Origin: a bacterium
GTDB lineage: Bacteria > Joyebacterota > Joyebacteria > Joyebacterales > Joyebacteraceae
Length of the DNA stretch: 64,000 nt
Assembly: GCA_025774245.1 (NCBI GenBank)
Contig: JALGWI010000001.1
Span: forward strand, 20,599 to 84,598
Reading direction: 5' to 3'
Positions 36,201 to 46,509 of this stretch are shown piece by piece. The notes under the pieces are model-generated. The model ran no database searches and had not been told where the DNA came from. It saw only the letters and a program-made list of their open reading frames with translations. How positions within the stretch are numbered: position 1 is the stretch's first letter; every line of letters begins with the position of its first letter. A program made the translations under genes and the position numbers.

Positions 36201-38156
36201 AGCGAGTCGGGAGCCCCGTCGACGATCGTGGATGCCGAAGACCAGGACACGGTCTTCCGGGCGGAGGGCCCGGCCTCGCCAGAGCTTCTGCAGGGCTTCA
36301 CGATCATGAGAGGAAGCGGGGCAATCGAGGGTGGCGGGATCTTCTGCGCTCTCGTCGAGGGGTTCACGATCGAGGACTGCACCTTCTCCGACAACGAGGC
36401 GCTCCTGCGGGGAGGCGGAGCGTACCTCAACTACAGCCCCGTCAGCTTCCGTGGCTGCACGTTTACCGGCAACAGTGCTGTCCTGGAGGATGGCGGCGGC
36501 GTGTATGTATGGGCCGACATCTCCGGAACGGCGCCGGACTTCGAGGACTGTTCGTTTCTGGGGAACACCAGCGGAAACGACGGTGGTGCGGCATGTACCA
36601 TCGGGGCCACAGCCTCCTGGTTCGTTCGGTGCACCTTCCTGGGGAACAGCGCCGACCGCAACGGCGGGGCCGTGGACCTGGCAAACAACGTGCGTGACTG
36701 CGTGTTCGCTCTGAACACGGCGGAGTATGGGGGGGCGCTCTACAACCCCACGACTGTGCACGGCTGCGTCTTCTGGGCGAACTCGGCGACATTGGGCGGG
36801 GCGGTAACCAGTGCCTTCTCGGTGTCCCAGTGTACCTTCGTGGGCAACAGCCCGAACGCCATCGACTGCGGCGGGGATGACACGGACATAGAGAACACCA
36901 TCGTGGCGTTCAACTTCGGTGGTGAGCCGATCGTGTGCTCCGGCGGCAACCCGACGCTCATCTGCTGCGACGTGTACGGCAACGCCGGCCCCGACTGGGG
37001 CGAGTGCACATCCGGCCAGTACGGAGTCAACGGGAACATCTCCGTCGACCCGCTGTTCTGCGACCACGAGAACGGCGACTTTACGCTGTGCGTGGGCTCA
37101 TCGTGTGCCGAGGGGAACAACCCCGGGTGCGGCCAGATCGGTGCTCTCGGTGTCGACTGCGACGACTGCGGGGACGCCACGATCCTGAGCGTCATCGACG
37201 TCCCGGACGACCAGGGGAGATTCGCGAGGGTCAGGTGGGCGAAGTCGCCCTTGGACACTCCCGGCAATCTCCTCGCCATCACCGGGTACGAGCTGCACCG
37301 CCGTCAGGACGGCCGAGCGCGCGACTCCGAAGAGCTGGCGGCGTCCACTCCGGTGGCGCCTCCGGCGGGATCCCCGCGGATGGACGGGTGGGACTACGTC
37401 ACCATGATCCCGGCGCACGGAGACTCCGTCTACCAGTACGTCTCTCCGACGCTCTGCGACTCGACGGCCGAGTCCGGAATCTGCTGGTCGGTCTTCCTCG
37501 TGAGGTCGGCGACCGATGATCCCTTCCTCTACTTCGATTCCCCGCCCGACAGCGGGTACTCGGTCGACAACCTCGCGCCTGAGGCTCCGACCAGTCTGAT
37601 GGCGGATGGCGACGTCGGTGTCGTCGCGCTCGTGTGGGATCCGAACGAGGAAGAGGATCTCGACTACTACGCGGTCTACCGCGATACCGTCGAGGACTTC
37701 GTGCCGAGCGAGCCGATCGGCTTCACGACGGACGAGCTGTTCGAGGACACCGATCTGCCCGCGGTCCCGGAGCTGTGGTATCGCGTGACGGCCTTCGACT
37801 TCAGCGGGAACGAGAGCGAACCGTCGGCATCGGCGGCCGCGACGGCGACGGGCGTCGAGGCCGAACCTGTCCCGACCGCGTTGGTGCTCAATGGCAACTT
37901 CCCCAACCCCTTCAATCCGTCGACGGAGATCGGGTTCGGACTCCCGACGGCGACCTCCGTGACACTCACCATCTATGGCGTCAGCGGCCGGGTGGTCAGG
38001 CGGCTCGTCACGGGCTCTCGCATGGAGGCCGGCACTCACGCGGTGCGCTGGGACGGCCGCGACGATGCCGGACGGGTCGTTCCCTCGGGTGTCTACGTCT
38101 ACACCCTCGTCGCCGACGAGGAGACACTCCGGCGTCGGATGCTCCTGCTGAAGTAG
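33249..38156 (+). CDS. Paralogous secreted parallel beta-helix protein (1636 aa) with three tandem ~370-aa beta-helix modules, an Fn3-like domain and a Por/T9SS-type C-terminal sorting domain
   Basis: In track ORF 33177..38156. Start at M25 (MRRLLLALLAMFVAVGVIQA). The N-terminal and C-terminal ~200-300 aa are near-identical to gene 30490..33156, also at DNA level. Three modules each begin VP.EYATIQAAI.AAA.GDTV.VAAGTYATSTNGE.FPI and end in a 4-Cys cap. Confidence 0.75.
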   Translation: MRRLLLALLAMFVAVGVIQAGQNPDINIFIEFDNGENRIDPVTNQFFSAYVCFENFGPGGGMTAAEFRFNRTFGGLKLGETNLLGGIDLGDPETGDGWTISAPSCVFPDAGGVVVAAKVDYLFQGPAGIIEVLPHALSGANVNDCFAAVDTWCVRLDPPGHGGVWTDPPPGDCESTDPNPHRFDVPSEYATIQAAINAAAIGDTVYVAAGTYATSTNGETFPIMLREGQTVMSESGALSTTVDAEGQNTVLEAMTLTSPVLLKGFRITGGAAMIRGGGLKCEAVDALTVENCMFNSNSSPTEGGGVYVSSSPVAFRDCAISYNDSYNGAGVYSWSTSGADMPSFEDCTFFDNTAVGDGAAAKLDGFAFPSFDGCTFAGNSAGGNGGALHQPGDVIDCVFWANTAVEGGAVYDAWFIDRCLFWENEATLTGGAVVGGYQLNRSTFVGNIPNVLFCNGDDVAMYSDILAFNGGEPIVPPGGSATLSCSDVYGNAAGDWVGCIAGQLGVSGNISQNPLFCDAEVGDFYLCADSPCAEENNPTCLQIGFYGVGCAGCWTGPVHEVPGEYATIQAAIDAAAPGDTVLVAAGTYATSTNGESFPITLREGQTVMSESGALSTIVDAEGQATVLEALYLTSPVLLNGFKITGGNAMLRGGGLRCESVEALTVLNCAFDSNSSPTEGGGVYVSGSPVGFHNCSITFNESGDGGGVSCWSSAVWEVPSFEDCTISYNTAAGDGGAAKLNGFEFPSFEGCTFAWNTAGGNGGALYEPGDVIDCVFWGNAAIEGGAVYDASFVDRCLFRENVGLATGGAVVGGFQLNRSTFVGNSPNVLDCNGDDVAMYSDIVAFNEGEPIVDSGGSATLACCDVFGNAAGDWVGSISGQNGVTGNISLNPLFCDAEIGDFELCADSPCAEENNPVCLQIGVYGGGCAECWFGPVHEVPAEYATIQAAIDAAAPGDTVLVAAGTYATSTNGESFPITLRDGVLVMSESGAPSTIVDAEDQDTVFRAEGPASPELLQGFTIMRGSGAIEGGGIFCALVEGFTIEDCTFSDNEALLRGGGAYLNYSPVSFRGCTFTGNSAVLEDGGGVYVWADISGTAPDFEDCSFLGNTSGNDGGAACTIGATASWFVRCTFLGNSADRNGGAVDLANNVRDCVFALNTAEYGGALYNPTTVHGCVFWANSATLGGAVTSAFSVSQCTFVGNSPNAIDCGGDDTDIENTIVAFNFGGEPIVCSGGNPTLICCDVYGNAGPDWGECTSGQYGVNGNISVDPLFCDHENGDFTLCVGSSCAEGNNPGCGQIGALGVDCDDCGDATILSVIDVPDDQGRFARVRWAKSPLDTPGNLLAITGYELHRRQDGRARDSEELAASTPVAPPAGSPRMDGWDYVTMIPAHGDSVYQYVSPTLCDSTAESGICWSVFLVRSATDDPFLYFDSPPDSGYSVDNLAPEAPTSLMADGDVGVVALVWDPNEEEDLDYYAVYRDTVEDFVPSEPIGFTTDELFEDTDLPAVPELWYRVTAFDFSGNESEPSASAAATATGVEAEPVPTALVLNGNFPNPFNPSTEIGFGLPTATSVTLTIYGVSGRVVRRLVTGSRMEAGTHAVRWDGRDDAGRVVPSGVYVYTLVADEETLRRRMLLLK
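33811..37170 (+). repeat. Three tandem direct repeats of ~1.13 kb (units starting ~33811, ~34938, ~36074) inside the beta-helix gene
   Basis: Long runs are nearly identical between units, e.g. 34938-35100 versus 36074-36240 (gagtacgcgacgatccaggcggcgatcgacgc...gtgatgagcgagtcgggagcc...cgacgatcgtggatgccga). Confidence 0.7.
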
Positions 38157-38183
38157 CGGCGCCGCTCGAGCAGATCATACGAA

Positions 38184-38222
38184 GAGGCCCCCGGCCATGT
38201 TCGCCGGGGGCTTCTCTCGTTC
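38184..38222 (+). terminator. Intrinsic-terminator-like hairpin between two convergent genes
   Basis: GAGGCCCCCGGC - catgttc - GCCGGGGGCTTC (about a 12-bp stem) followed by tctcgttctc. It lies 28 nt after the stop at 38156. Confidence 0.4.
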
Positions 38223-38261
38223 TCGGTCGTGTGGCTGGACTCTCGGCCGCGCTCGCCACCG

Positions 38262-39563
38262 CTACTGCGCCAGCTCCGCCCGGAGTCTCGAAAGCCTCTC
38301 CTGGACCAGCCGGTCCATCTCCTCGATTCCCGATGGAAGCGCGGGCCAGGGCTTGCGCGCCGGAACCGTCGCGTACTCGGGAGGGAACCTGTCCAGGTGC
38401 TCGTGCGGCATCATCTCGACCAGAAGACGTCCGTCCATGTCGGTCGGGATCGGCGCTCCGACGAGAGCGAGGAGCGTCGGGGCGAAGTCGATCGTCGCGG
38501 GCCGAAAAGGCGTGTGGCTCCTCTCGAGCCCCTGCCCCCTCACGACGAGGACGCCGGGAGGCCCGTTCACGTGGCCGCCGGAGTATCCGGGGAGGTCGAA
38601 GACCGGGTGGGTGCCGTACGTCGAGCAGACGACGAAGATCGTGTTGTCGTCCGCGAGCCGCAGGAACCTCTCCACGGTCTCGTCGACAAACGCGTAGTAG
38701 TTCGGGAGCACGTCCTCGTAGCGGGCGAACGACGCCGGCAGGTCGTGGAAGAGCTCGGGCGAAGCCGGGGCGATGAAGCGATGCCCGACGGCGTCGAGTC
38801 CGCCGAGGTAGACGAACGAGAGCTGCGGCTCCTCCTCGGCGATGAGCCTCGCCGCCAGATCGGCGACGACCGAGTCTGCGAGGTAGCTCCACCGGGCCGC
38901 CAGGACGTGGTCGAACCACCTCCGGTCGACCGGCAGTGACGGATCGAGGATCTTCTCTCCGAACCCGGCGGCGTATCGCGAGAGGTTCGCGTCCACGACT
39001 CTGGCGATCCGGGCCGCGAGCGCGTCCGAGGCGGTCTCTCCGGCTCCCGAGCCGAAGAGCGCCGGCGCGAGGGACGCTTCGTGCGCGCCGCTCGCGGGCG
39101 AATAGGGCGCCACGACCGTCGGCGCGTCGGGGCCGACCGGCCACGCGCCGGGCCAGCCGACCGCGATGGTCCTGACCCCCGCGTCGGCCGCGATCCTCGC
39201 GACCTCGGGCACCGCTCCGAAGAGCCTCGGGTCGTCGCCCTCCAGTCTCTCCCGCTCGGCGTCGGTCGGGGGGCGGCCGCTCGCGAATCGCGTCCACCCG
39301 ACGTGCGGGAGCACCGGGCGGTCCGCGACGACCTCTCCCGTCATCCCCGCCCGGAGGAGCCGCTCCAGTGCCGGGAGCTTGCCCTGCTCGATGTACCTCC
39401 CGACGAGGAACCAGTCGAGTCCGTCGACCGCGACCACCATGACCCTGACCTCGGTGTCGGGAGCCTCCGTGACCTCGCCTGCCGGCCGCCACACGATGGC
39501 GAAGGCGAGGAACGCAAGTGCGATGGCGAGAAGGACCGCGAGAGTCGTGCGCCTTGTCTTCAT
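38262..39563 (-). CDS. Alkaline-phosphatase-superfamily protein (type I phosphodiesterase / nucleotide pyrophosphatase-like) with an N-terminal membrane anchor or signal
   Basis: Track ORF. MKTRRTTLAVLLAIALAFLAFAIVW, then VMVVAVDGLDW (AlkP-core metal-binding Asp region) ... GGLDAVGHRF ... GGHVNG. Confidence 0.6.
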   Translation of the reverse strand: MKTRRTTLAVLLAIALAFLAFAIVWRPAGEVTEAPDTEVRVMVVAVDGLDWFLVGRYIEQGKLPALERLLRAGMTGEVVADRPVLPHVGWTRFASGRPPTDAERERLEGDDPRLFGAVPEVARIAADAGVRTIAVGWPGAWPVGPDAPTVVAPYSPASGAHEASLAPALFGSGAGETASDALAARIARVVDANLSRYAAGFGEKILDPSLPVDRRWFDHVLAARWSYLADSVVADLAARLIAEEEPQLSFVYLGGLDAVGHRFIAPASPELFHDLPASFARYEDVLPNYYAFVDETVERFLRLADDNTIFVVCSTYGTHPVFDLPGYSGGHVNGPPGVLVVRGQGLERSHTPFRPATIDFAPTLLALVGAPIPTDMDGRLLVEMMPHEHLDRFPPEYATVPARKPWPALPSGIEEMDRLVQERLSRLRAELAQ

Positions 39564-39625
39564 GAGCTGTTTCTCCCAGGCTTTGTTTCTTGCCGAGTGT
39601 AGCTAGTGGTAGTAGACTCAATAGC

Positions 39626-42520
<2,895 letters not shown>

Positions 42521-42601
42521 CGACGGGCGCCCGCCACCATTCCTGACTGAGCCCTCAGATCTGCAGGAGCTTCCTGCCGCCGCGGCGCGTGGAGGAGTAC
42601 G

Positions 42602-43354
42602 ATGAAGGGGAATGGGGGCTCGGCTTCGAGGTTCCGCCCGGGCGACTTCGACACCTGGGCCGAGTACTACGCGCACTACCAGCGCGAGCTCGCGAACCGG
42701 TTCCTGATTCCGTTCCTCGAGAGCCACGGTGTCTCCGTTGACGGAGTGGCGGTGCTCGACATCGGCTGCGGCGACGGTGGGTGCACGACGGCCTTCGCGG
42801 AGCGGGCGGATCGGTGCGTCGGTGTCGACGTCGGCGACTTCCCCTGGGAGAACACCCCGAAGCTCGAGTTTCTGAAGGGCGACATCCTCGATCCGACCGT
42901 CGCGGCCCCGCTCGCCGGACGCTTCGATCTCGTGCTCCTCCGCGACGTCATCGAGCACATCGAAGACAAGGCGAAGCTCCTCGAGCACGTCTCGGCCGCG
43001 ATGAGGGGCGAGGGGAACGTGCTCGTGACCTTCCCGCCGTACTACTCGGCGTTCGGAGCTCACCAGCAGGTCGAGCTCCGCGGGTCGCGGCTCCGCTACG
43101 TTCCCTACATGCACGGGCACCCGGACCTCGCGCACGTCGCCAGGACGAGGATGACGATCGGGGGGTTCGAACGGCTGGTGAAGAAGGGCGGGATGCGGAT
43201 CCGCGCTCGCGCTCTCTATCTTCTCCGGCCCTCGTTCGAACTCCGCTACGGTCTGCCAACGGTCCGTTTCGCCCTGCCCTGGCTCGCGGGCGCCCGCGAG
43301 GTCCTCTCCACCGGAGCGTACTACCTCCTGGAGGACGGAGGGCGTAGCGAGTGA
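42602..43354 (+). CDS. Class I SAM-dependent methyltransferase
   Basis: GGAGGAG RBS. VLDIGCGDGGCT (motif I), LVLLRDVIEHI (motif II/III region). Confidence 0.6.
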   Translation: MKGNGGSASRFRPGDFDTWAEYYAHYQRELANRFLIPFLESHGVSVDGVAVLDIGCGDGGCTTAFAERADRCVGVDVGDFPWENTPKLEFLKGDILDPTVAAPLAGRFDLVLLRDVIEHIEDKAKLLEHVSAAMRGEGNVLVTFPPYYSAFGAHQQVELRGSRLRYVPYMHGHPDLAHVARTRMTIGGFERLVKKGGMRIRARALYLLRPSFELRYGLPTVRFALPWLAGAREVLSTGAYYLLEDGGRSE

Positions 43355-43536
43355 GTGGCCCGGCCGGCCGGAACGCCGCGAAGCACCAGCCTCCGGGCCA
43401 GAAACGGCTTGACCCTCCGCGTTGCGCCGCCTAGTATCGGAGGATATGTTCAGCCGCCCCCAGGGCGCATCCGTGGTGGCACGTCCACGAACGACGGTCC
43501 CGCGACGACTCGACGAGACGACTCGGGGAGAGGACG

Positions 43537-44679
43537 GTGATCGCGACGATCGTTGCCGAACGGAGAACCGCGCTCTACGAGCAGCACGTGGCTGCCGGCG
43601 CCAGGATGGTCGACTTCTTCGGCTGGGCGATGCCCATCTACTATCGGGGCATCGTCGCCGAGCACGACCGCGTCCGAGCCACGGCGGGCATCTTCGACGT
43701 CTCGCACATGGGGCAGCTCGTGCTGCGTGGCGCCGACGCGCTCGCGGCGGTCGAGCGGGTGACGACCAACCGCGTCGCGTCGCTCAGGGAGGGGCGCGTC
43801 CAGTACTCGATCATGTGCTACGAGCACGGCGGAATCGTCGACGACGCTCTCGTCTATAACCTCGGAGACCGGTACATGCTCGTGGTCAACGCGTCGAACT
43901 GCGACAAGGACCTCGAGTGGATCCGGTCGAACATCTCCGGCGACGTGACGCTCGAGGATCACTCCGACCACACCCAGCTGGTCGCGATCCAGGGACCGGC
44001 GGCGGAGGCGGTGCTCGGGCGGATCGTCGACGTGGACCTCTCGTCGGTCGCGTACGCCCAGTCGCTCCAGCTCGACGTCCTCGGGAAGAGGACGCTCGTC
44101 TCCCGTACCGGATACACCGGCGAGGACGGCTTCGAGATCTACGGCGCCAACGATCACGCCGGACCGGTGTGGGACGCGCTCCTGGAGGAAGGGGCCGCGT
44201 GGGAGGTCGAGCCGATCGGTCTCGGGGCGCGGGACACGTTGCGGCTCGAGATGGGCTACCATCTCTACGGCCAGGACATCGACGAGACGAGGACACCCGT
44301 GGAGGCCGGGCTCTCGTGGGTCGTCAAGACCGACAAGGGCGGTTTCATCGGCCGCGACGCGATCCTCGAGCGGAAGAAGAAGGGGGCGCGCGAGCGCCTC
44401 ACCGGGTTCGAGCTCGAGGGGCGCGGCATCCCGCGGCAGGGACATCGCATCCTCGTCGACGGCGAGGACGCGGGCGTCGTCACGAGCGGGACGTACTCGC
44501 CGAGCCTCGGCAGGGGCATCGGCCTCGGCTACGTGAAGACGGAGAGCGTCAAGGCGGGCGGCGGGAAGATCGGCGTGGGCGCGGAGCTTGCGATCGAGAT
44601 CCGTGGACGCGCGATCCCTGCGAAGACCGTGAGGCCCCCCTTCTATCGGGAAGGGACCGTCCGCAGCAGGAAGGCATAG
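43537..44679 (+). CDS. gcvT: Glycine cleavage system T protein (aminomethyltransferase)
   Basis: GTG start. RTALYEQHVAAGARMVDFFGWAMPIYY is typical of the GcvT N-terminus. 380 aa. Confidence 0.85.
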   Translation: MIATIVAERRTALYEQHVAAGARMVDFFGWAMPIYYRGIVAEHDRVRATAGIFDVSHMGQLVLRGADALAAVERVTTNRVASLREGRVQYSIMCYEHGGIVDDALVYNLGDRYMLVVNASNCDKDLEWIRSNISGDVTLEDHSDHTQLVAIQGPAAEAVLGRIVDVDLSSVAYAQSLQLDVLGKRTLVSRTGYTGEDGFEIYGANDHAGPVWDALLEEGAAWEVEPIGLGARDTLRLEMGYHLYGQDIDETRTPVEAGLSWVVKTDKGGFIGRDAILERKKKGARERLTGFELEGRGIPRQGHRILVDGEDAGVVTSGTYSPSLGRGIGLGYVKTESVKAGGGKIGVGAELAIEIRGRAIPAKTVRPPFYREGTVRSRKA

Positions 44680-44767
44680 GACACAGGCACAGAGGGGCAC
44701 GGACCGGCATCGGGCCGCCCGCGACGGGAGCGGGAGCGAGACGCGGTCCACCGACAGGAGAGCGAGG

Positions 44768-45151
44768 TTGACGATGGGCAACGGGGACCTCAGGTACACC
44801 GACACGCACGAGTGGCTGAACATCGAGGATGGCGAGGTGACGATCGGCCTCACGGAGTACGCGCAGGGCGAGCTCGGGGACATCGTCTTCATCGAGCTGC
44901 CGGAGGTCGGTCGGGCGGTCGAGACCGGAGACGTTCTGACGACCGTCGAGTCGGTGAAGAGCGTCAGCGAGATCTACGCGCCGGTCGCCGGCGAGATCAC
45001 GGGAGCGAACGAGGCGCTCGACGCGGATCCGGGACTCATCAACACCGACGCGGAGGGCGAGGGGTGGATCTTGAAGATGATGCTCGCCCCCGACGCCGAC
45101 CTGTCGGCCTTCATGACCGCTGAGGATTACAAGGCGCACACGAAGGGGTAG
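44768..45151 (+). CDS. gcvH: Glycine cleavage system H protein
   Basis: YTDTHEWL...ESVKSVSEIYAPV (lipoyl-Lys motif). 127 aa. Confidence 0.85.
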   Translation: MTMGNGDLRYTDTHEWLNIEDGEVTIGLTEYAQGELGDIVFIELPEVGRAVETGDVLTTVESVKSVSEIYAPVAGEITGANEALDADPGLINTDAEGEGWILKMMLAPDADLSAFMTAEDYKAHTKG

Positions 45152-45153
45152 CG

Positions 45154-46509
45154 GTGCCGTACGTTCCGAACACCGACCGCGACCGACGCGCGATGCTCGA
45201 CACGATCGGCGCGGCGTCCGTGGATGAGCTCTTCGCCGACGTTCCGGCCGAGCTCAGAACGTCGGGGGATCTCGACGTTCCGGGCCCCCTCTCGGAGCTC
45301 GAGCTCCTGCGGCACATGCGGAAGCTCGCCTCCGCGAACAGGACGACCGACGACGTCGTGTCGTTCCTGGGCGGGGGCGTCTACGACACCGTCGTGCCGT
45401 CGGCCGTTCGGCACATCACCGGCTTGCCTCACTTCTACACCGCCTACACCCCCTACCAGGCGGAGGCGAGCCAGGGGACGCTCCAGAGCATCTACGAGTT
45501 CCAGTCGCTCATCGCGCGGCTGACGGGCCTCCCCGTCGCGAACGCGTCGATGTACGACGGCGCGTCTGCGGCCGCGGAGGCGTGCGTGGCGGCGCTCGCC
45601 GTCACGAGGAAGAGGAAGATCCTGCTCTCGGCGACGACGAACCCGGCCCTGAGGGCGGTCACGAAGACGTACCTGGGCGCGTCGGGCGCCGAGGTCGTCG
45701 AGCTTCCCTCGCGCGACGGCGTGACTGACGTCGACGTGCTCGGCGACGCCCTCGGGGACGCCGCGGCCGTGGTCGTCCAGCACCCGAACTTCTTCGGGCT
45801 GCTCGAACCGGTCGCCGAGATCGGAGAGCGCGTCTCGGAGTCGAGTGCGCTCCTTGTCTCGTCGGTCGATCCGATCTCCCTCGCGCTCCTGGCACCCCCG
45901 TCCGCGTACGGCGCCGAGATTGCGGTCGGCGAGGGGCAGTGCCTCGGGGCGCCGGTCGCCTTCGGCGGCCCGCTCCTGGGTTTCATGGCGACGACGCGGA
46001 AGCACGTCCGGCGGCTCCCCGGCAGGATCATCGGCGGGGCGACCGACGACGAGGGCCGGCGCGGCTACATCATGACGCTCCAGACGCGCGAGCAGCACAT
46101 CCGTCGTGAGAAGGCCACGTCGAACATCTGCACGAACCAGGGCCTCGTTGCCCTCGGGGCGACGGTCTATCTCTCGCTCCTCGGGAAGGCGGGCTTGAGA
46201 GAGCTGGCCGTCCAGCTCGCCTCGAAGGCGCGCTACGCAGCCGACGCGCTCTCGCACGTGCGGGGCGTCAAGCTCCGCTTCGACGGTCCCTTCTTCCGGG
46301 AGTTCGTGGTCGAGCTTCCGTTCGACGCGGCGCGCACGAAGTGCGAACTCTCGAAGATCGCAATCTGGCCCGGCATCAACTGCGGCTGCTACTACGACGA
46401 CATGAAGAACTGCCTCCTCGTGACCGTCTCCGAACGGCACACGAGGGAGGACATCGATACGCTGGCCTCGGCTCTCGAGGCCATCATCGCTACCGGAGGA
46501 ACGGCGTGA
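45154..46509 (+). CDS. gcvPA: Glycine dehydrogenase (decarboxylating) subunit 1
   Basis: GTG start 2 nt after the gcvH stop. YVPNTDRDRRAMLDTIG...YTPYQAEASQGTLQ is typical of GcvPA. Confidence 0.85.
   Translation: MPYVPNTDRDRRAMLDTIGAASVDELFADVPAELRTSGDLDVPGPLSELELLRHMRKLASANRTTDDVVSFLGGGVYDTVVPSAVRHITGLPHFYTAYTPYQAEASQGTLQSIYEFQSLIARLTGLPVANASMYDGASAAAEACVAALAVTRKRKILLSATTNPALRAVTKTYLGASGAEVVELPSRDGVTDVDVLGDALGDAAAVVVQHPNFFGLLEPVAEIGERVSESSALLVSSVDPISLALLAPPSAYGAEIAVGEGQCLGAPVAFGGPLLGFMATTRKHVRRLPGRIIGGATDDEGRRGYIMTLQTREQHIRREKATSNICTNQGLVALGATVYLSLLGKAGLRELAVQLASKARYAADALSHVRGVKLRFDGPFFREFVVELPFDAARTKCELSKIAIWPGINCGCYYDDMKNCLLVTVSERHTREDIDTLASALEAIIATGGTA

Noticed and set aside
33811-37170. 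CRISPR-like or mobile-element interpretation of the 1.1-kb tandem repeats
   Set aside because: The repeats are in frame within a single continuous ORF and encode beta-helix modules. There are no short spacer/repeat periodicity, no cas genes, no inverted terminal repeats and no transposase.
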